Of a stretch of 64,000 bases of DNA, positions 59,059 through 64,000 are shown in pieces (position 1 is the first letter of the stretch; every line of letters starts with the position of its first letter). The DNA is taken from the NCBI GenBank assembly GCA_963715825.1, contig CAVQSI010000017.1, positions 18,035 to 82,034 on the forward strand, in the 5' to 3' direction. Position numbers and translations under genes: made by a program. Under the pieces are notes generated by a model, which saw only the letters and a list, made by a program, of their open reading frames with translations, had not been told where the DNA came from and made no database searches. This stretch comes from Ilumatobacteraceae bacterium (GTDB taxonomy: Bacteria > Actinomycetota > Acidimicrobiia > Acidimicrobiales > Ilumatobacteraceae).

Positions 59059-60876
59059 TCAGCGCTGCCGACGTACCCGTTCACCGCGGCGCAGCGACGG
59101 GCGGCGCCGGGCGTGCGGGAACTCCTCCGAGAACTTCGCCTCCGCCACGTCGGTGCCCACCAGCACCAGCTCACCGGACGACGGCAGCGGAACGTGCGGA
59201 TCGGGATTTCCCTCGAGCACGCCGTTGCGCTCGACGGCCACGACGTTGCACGACGTGCGGCGGTGCACGTGCGCGGCGGCCAACGTCGTCCCCGCCAGTT
59301 CCTTCGGGATCGGCGTGCGGAACACGTTGAGACCCTGCGCCACCAGCACGGTCTCGTCGCCGCGCAGGTGGTTCCAGATCGCCGCCGAGCCGGTACCGGC
59401 GTACGACAGCACCGCGTCGGCGCCCGCCCGATACAGCGTGGAGACGTTCCGATCGAGCTTCGAGCGCGACACGATCCGCGCCTCCGGCCGCAGCCCGCGG
59501 CAGTACCGGGTGAGGTACACGTTGACGTTGTCGTCGTGGGTGGTGATCAGAATCGCCCCCGCCTCGTCGATGCCCGCCGCCTGCAGCACCGACCGGTCGG
59601 CCGCATCGCCGATGACGTAGGTCGCCCCCTCGCGCTGACGCTCCGGCAGTTGTTCGATGATCACGGACTCGATGCCCTCGTGGGCGAACGAGGCAGCGAT
59701 CGCACGACCGACCCGTCCCCCGCCGATGATCACGGCACGGTTCGGCGCCGTCGAGTCCGACGAATAGCAGGCATCGTAGGCAGCGAGCTGGTCGGCGGTT
59801 CCGGCGAGGATCAGCATCGAGGAGTCGCTGAGCACCGTGTCAGCCGTGGCGATCGAGAAGACGCCGCGCCGCCAGACGCCGATGATGCTCACACCGAGCC
59901 GCTTGCGCAGCTGCGCCTCGGCCAGCGTCTTGCCCAGCAGATCCGTGCCCATCGGACTCGCCTCGGCGATCTGCAGGCCGGCGAACTCGCCGATCACATG
60001 GCTGTTGCCCGACAGTCCGAACGTGCGCGCCGCCATCGCGGAGCCGAGGATCTCGCCGAGCTGCACGATGTGATCGGCGCCGGCGATCTCGAGGATGTCG
60101 ACCGACGCCGGCGAGTTGGCGCTGGCGACGATCTCGACCTCCGGCGCGATCTCGCGGACGGTGAAGGCGATGTTCGTGTTGATCTGATCGGACTGCGTGG
60201 CGATCACCAGCGCCGCCTGGTCGACGCGGGCGTTGCGGTAGGTGGCCGGGTCGTCGAGTGCGCCGACCATCACGTTGCGGCCCTCGTCGTGGATCAGTCC
60301 CGCCTCGGCGACATCGTCGACGATCAGCACGTACGGCACCTCGGCCTGGTCGGCCCGTTCGATGATCGCCGCCTCGACCGGTCCGAGCTGCGTGAGCAGC
60401 AGATGCCCCGACGTCGACTCCGGCAGCACCCGCGGCGCCCGGCGTCGTTCGCGTTCGGTCATCCACGGCATGAAGACGAACTGGATGAACACGAACGGCA
60501 GCATCACCAGCAGGAACGTCGAGCCCGCGAGCAGCACGACCACCGAGAAGATGCGGCCGGCGTCGGACTCGAACGTGATGTCGCCGAAGCCCAACGTGGT
60601 CATCGTGGTGAGGGTCCAGTACACGCTGGTGGGCCACGAGTGCTCCCGGTCCTCGTACTCCATCAACGTGTGGAAGACGGTGCTGAACACCCCGACCATC
60701 ACGACGAACACCACGGCGAGCAGGAGGAAGGTCTTCTGCCGACGACGCCGCTCGGCCTGCTCCGCGGCGCGTTGAGCACGCTCGTAGTGCTGCAACGAAC
60801 GTCCACGGTCGTCGGGCTCGCCGACACGGACGCGCTGGGTGACCTGGGCGATCGTCGCCCCGAGCGATTTCAGCAT
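59059..60876 (-). CDS. potassium channel protein with two RCK/TrkA domains
   Basis: Starts MLKSLGAT (Met101 of the track ORF). Has two TM helices around the selectivity filter TTLGFGD, then two Rossmann-like RCK modules (the second has IIGGGRVGRAI). Confidence 0.8.
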   Translation of the reverse strand: MLKSLGATIAQVTQRVRVGEPDDRGRSLQHYERAQRAAEQAERRRRQKTFLLLAVVFVVMVGVFSTVFHTLMEYEDREHSWPTSVYWTLTTMTTLGFGDITFESDAGRIFSVVVLLAGSTFLLVMLPFVFIQFVFMPWMTERERRRAPRVLPESTSGHLLLTQLGPVEAAIIERADQAEVPYVLIVDDVAEAGLIHDEGRNVMVGALDDPATYRNARVDQAALVIATQSDQINTNIAFTVREIAPEVEIVASANSPASVDILEIAGADHIVQLGEILGSAMAARTFGLSGNSHVIGEFAGLQIAEASPMGTDLLGKTLAEAQLRKRLGVSIIGVWRRGVFSIATADTVLSDSSMLILAGTADQLAAYDACYSSDSTAPNRAVIIGGGRVGRAIAASFAHEGIESVIIEQLPERQREGATYVIGDAADRSVLQAAGIDEAGAILITTHDDNVNVYLTRYCRGLRPEARIVSRSKLDRNVSTLYRAGADAVLSYAGTGSAAIWNHLRGDETVLVAQGLNVFRTPIPKELAGTTLAAAHVHRRTSCNVVAVERNGVLEGNPDPHVPLPSSGELVLVGTDVAEAKFSEEFPHARRRPSLRRGERVRRQR

Positions 60877-60925
60877 GCGCAACTCACCGGCAACGATGAT
60901 GGCATAGGGCGACGGGCGTGGCCCC

Positions 60926-63900
60926 TCAAGCGCCCGACGCCAGTCGAGCGACAAGATCACCGTGGCGACGGCGAGCGTCTGCAAGGTCCAGGTCACCGAG
61001 CACCTCGGGGATGGCTGCGACCAGTGCGCCCGCTCGCTTCCGGTCACCTCGAGCCAGGCACGCCGATGCCCAGTCGAGGGTCGTCCGAGCAATCCACGGG
61101 GGGCTGGCGAGGTCGGCCTGCTGAGCGATCGCCGCCTCGAACAGTTCGTCGGCGCGGCCGTGTGCGCCGAGTGCATCGTGGAGCTGTGCGAGCAGCCGAT
61201 CCACCGGCCCGAGGTACAACCCGCCGATCAGCAGGTTGGCCCCGGCCGCATCGTCGAGCAGTTCGATGAAGCGGCCGCAGTGCGCCTCGCTGCGCAGCGC
61301 GGCGACGATCTCGGACCAGAAGGCGATGCACAGTTGCATCGTTGCGTCATCGGCGAACTGGTGGCGGTCGAGGTCATGGAGCGCAGACCACACGAGATCG
61401 ACGTCGCCGCGTTGCAGATCGACGAACGCAGCCGTTGCACGTTCAGGACCCGCCGGGTGGGCCGATGCTGCGAGTTCCTCGACGATCGGCGCCAACTCGA
61501 TCAGCGATCCACGTTCCCGGCTGATCGCCAGCGTGGTGGTCTGAGCGTAGGCGGCAGCGTCGGGAACCCCGAGTTCCTGGAGGCGTCCGACCAGGAGGTC
61601 GGCGATCGACTGGGCATCCGCGAGGTCGCCGACGACCACGCTCCGCATGGCCTGGTGCAACGAGGTCATCGCGGTGCGAACGGCACCGATCTCGACACCG
61701 AACGTCGTCATCTCGGCGATTTCGTGGTCGAGCGCCACTCGATCGCCGAGGTGCAGCGCCGTGTACGCGAGATGTCCGTGGATCCGCCATCGATCCGACG
61801 CCGACAACTCCGCCTCACCATCGAGGACCGACCGCGCCTCGGCGGCATGACGGCGCAGTGCGGCCGGGCCGGTGGGCTCGAACGACGTTGCGCCCGCCGT
61901 CGCAACCAGTTCGACCCGCTGGCGAGCGGGCAGTTGCGCCAAGAGGACTTGCTGCTCGTCGAGCACGCGCCGTCGACCGTCGACATCGCGTTCGAAGATG
62001 AGTTCCTTGGCCATCTCTCCCAGGAGGGCAGCACGCTGCCATGGGCCCAACGACGTCATCGACAGTGCATCGCGGAGCACCCGGAGCCGTTCGGGGTCGG
62101 CCGGGTCGCTGGCGCTGAAGCTGTGTCGCGCCCGGACACGGAGCGCTGCGACGACCGTCTCGGGATCGTCGGCTTCGACTGCTGCGCGCGCCGCAGCGAG
62201 CGCATGGGTTCGTGCGTCAGCGGTGGAGCCCGACACGCCTTCCGCATCGGCGAGCAACACCAACGTGTGCCGACGTTGCGACGACCAGTCCCCGGCGTCG
62301 TCGGCCATCAGCTCGAGCGCCCGCTCGAACCAGGCCGAACCGTTCTCGTAGGCACCGCGCGCAGCCGCCAACTCGCCGGCTCGCAGGGTGAGTTCGATCG
62401 CCCGGGAACGATCGCCGCCCACCGACGCCGCTGCCCAGTGGACTGCGAGTTCGGAGATCACCTGGTCGAGCGAGTCGGCATGGCGCGACTCGAGTGCGAG
62501 CGCCACCTTGCGATGTTCGCGGACGCTCCGGCTGGATGACATCTCCGAATGGAGTGTCTCTCGAACGAGACCGTGGGCGAACCGGTGGCGATCGACGCTC
62601 AACTCGACGACCAGACTGGCCGAGATGGCCGCGTCGAGCGCGTCGAGTACACCGTCCACGTCGACGTCGAGCACCTCTGCGAGCAGGCCCGCCTCGAACT
62701 CGTATCCGATCACGGCTGCCGATCGGAGCACGCGCTCGACCTCGTCGCCGAGTCGATGGACCCGCTGGCCCACGACTTCGCGAACACCGTCGGGGATGCC
62801 GGCTTCGTCGACGCCGAGGTCGCTGGTCCACTGGCCGCCGCGTTCGACCAGCGTGCCGTTCTCGATCAGGTGCCGGAGCAACTCACCGACGAAGAGCGGG
62901 TTGCCCGACGTTTCGCGCTGCACTCGATCGGCGAACTGCCGACCGATGTCGTCGAGCTCGTGGCCTCCAGCCCGAACGAGCAGTTCGCGGACACCGTCAG
63001 GTGCAAGACCCTCGAGACCGATGCGGGTGACCCCATCGGTCCCTCGGACCTCGGCGAGCAGCGCCGCAAGGGCATGGCTGCGCCCGACGTCGGTGTCGCG
63101 GTAGGTGCCCACGACCATGAGGCCCGGAGGTTGGTGTTGGATGAGCTGCTTGATCAGCAGCAGCGTCGGCCGGTCGGCCCACTGCAGGTCGTCGATCACC
63201 AGCAGCCGCGGGCGGTCGGCCCCACCGACGCGCAACCACGATTCCACCGCAGCGAACAACCGGAAACGCTCCGCGTCAGGCTCGCCTCGAAGCGCCGGCG
63301 GCAGGTCGTCCACGAGGTCACGGAGGTGCGGGACGAGACGGTCGAGGTCGCCGGGGAACTCACCGAGCGCGGCAACCTCGGGCGTCTCACTGCGGACGAA
63401 CCATTCGAGCGCGGTGCCGAATGCCTGGAACGGTGCACCTTCCTCGTCGCAGCGCCCGGCCAGCACGAGTGGCTCGGGACGTCGCTCCGCTGCGGCATCG
63501 ACGCCCGCTTCATGAGCCAGCTCCTGCGCCAAGCGGGTCTTGCCGATACCCGGCTCGCCCGCGATGAAGGTGGCCTCGAAGCCGCCGCCTGCACAGTGCC
63601 GCCACCGCTCGACGAGTCGGTCGAACACCTCGGTCCGGCCGGAGAACGGGAACCCGGTGCCGGCGAGCACGGCCGGCAGTCGGTCGTCGCGAGGCGACAC
63701 CTCGCGGATCGGTTCCCAACAGACCTCGCTGGCGGGAACCTGGTCGGGCAACCCCTTCAGACTGAGCGCACCGACCGATCGGAACTCGTGGCTGCCGCGG
63801 CCTCGCGCGAGGTGGGCGACGATGTCGGTGCACCAGATCGAGTCGGGTTGAGCCGCCGACTCCAGGCGCTGCGCCTCGACCACCGACAGCCCGAAGCAGT

Positions 63901-64000
63901 CGTCACCCTCGAAGCTGACGTCACCGACCGCGAGCCCGATCCGGACCGCGAGACGTTCACCTCGGCGACGACGATTGGCGAGGTCGACCGATTGTTGAAT
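60926..64000 (-). CDS. class III adenylate/guanylate cyclase - AAA/STAND ATPase - TPR-like repeat protein (5' end outside window)
   Basis: The frame stays open to the window edge. Translation of 63884..64000 gives RIGLAVGDVSFEGDDCFGLSVVEAQRLES (cyclase catalytic-domain C-terminus), then the P-loop GEPGIGKTRLAQEL, LVIDDLQWAD and about 600 aa of helical repeats. No LuxR HTH is seen at the C-terminus. Confidence 0.75.
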   Translation of the reverse strand: MQQSVDLANRRRRGERLAVRIGLAVGDVSFEGDDCFGLSVVEAQRLESAAQPDSIWCTDIVAHLARGRGSHEFRSVGALSLKGLPDQVPASEVCWEPIREVSPRDDRLPAVLAGTGFPFSGRTEVFDRLVERWRHCAGGGFEATFIAGEPGIGKTRLAQELAHEAGVDAAAERRPEPLVLAGRCDEEGAPFQAFGTALEWFVRSETPEVAALGEFPGDLDRLVPHLRDLVDDLPPALRGEPDAERFRLFAAVESWLRVGGADRPRLLVIDDLQWADRPTLLLIKQLIQHQPPGLMVVGTYRDTDVGRSHALAALLAEVRGTDGVTRIGLEGLAPDGVRELLVRAGGHELDDIGRQFADRVQRETSGNPLFVGELLRHLIENGTLVERGGQWTSDLGVDEAGIPDGVREVVGQRVHRLGDEVERVLRSAAVIGYEFEAGLLAEVLDVDVDGVLDALDAAISASLVVELSVDRHRFAHGLVRETLHSEMSSSRSVREHRKVALALESRHADSLDQVISELAVHWAAASVGGDRSRAIELTLRAGELAAARGAYENGSAWFERALELMADDAGDWSSQRRHTLVLLADAEGVSGSTADARTHALAAARAAVEADDPETVVAALRVRARHSFSASDPADPERLRVLRDALSMTSLGPWQRAALLGEMAKELIFERDVDGRRRVLDEQQVLLAQLPARQRVELVATAGATSFEPTGPAALRRHAAEARSVLDGEAELSASDRWRIHGHLAYTALHLGDRVALDHEIAEMTTFGVEIGAVRTAMTSLHQAMRSVVVGDLADAQSIADLLVGRLQELGVPDAAAYAQTTTLAISRERGSLIELAPIVEELAASAHPAGPERATAAFVDLQRGDVDLVWSALHDLDRHQFADDATMQLCIAFWSEIVAALRSEAHCGRFIELLDDAAGANLLIGGLYLGPVDRLLAQLHDALGAHGRADELFEAAIAQQADLASPPWIARTTLDWASACLARGDRKRAGALVAAIPEVLGDLDLADARRRHGDLVARLASGA

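Overview
This is a very GC-rich bacterial chromosome segment; third codon positions are almost all G/C and the gene content looks actinobacterial. No taxon can be confirmed from the sequence alone.

The backbone is a conserved housekeeping neighbourhood on the minus strand: uvrA, uvrC, rapZ, gap-pgk-tpiA and secG followed by tRNA-Leu(GAG). The rest is metabolic and transport genes:
- an amidase, a Zn-dependent alcohol dehydrogenase and two intact LLM oxidoreductases
- a SulP permease, a ThrE-family exporter and a Kef-type antiporter with a KhtT-like subunit
- two universal stress proteins, a ROK kinase and an MFS transporter
- a K+ channel with two RCK domains, and an adenylate cyclase-STAND protein that runs off the right edge of the window

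Three blocks interrupt the backbone:
1. A 12.1-kb gene lies between uvrC and rapZ (38292..50407). It encodes an LPXTG-anchored surface protein with about 20 DUF11-type repeats. It can be read end to end only by changing reading frame about 11 times.
2. A five-gene peptide-type ABC transporter operon lies between tpiA and secG. Its substrate-binding gene is frameshifted.
3. An 8.3-kb accessory tract lies downstream of tRNA-Leu (about 16.38-24.70 kb). Repeated copies of the tRNA 3' end and a 65-nt repeat family subdivide it. It carries vapBC, one RelE/ParE-like toxin gene plus a decayed second module, an ERCC4 nuclease fused to an Lsr2-type DNA-binding tail, and assorted enzyme genes. No integrase is visible.

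A 45-nt palindromic REP-like element occurs seven times at four intergenic loci. At three loci it forms a tandem pair with exactly 62-nt phasing.

No CRISPR array, rRNA gene, transposase or obvious prophage was seen. Many long ORFs in the supplied track are Arg/Pro-rich antisense or off-frame artefacts of high GC and were not called. Start codons are provisional throughout.
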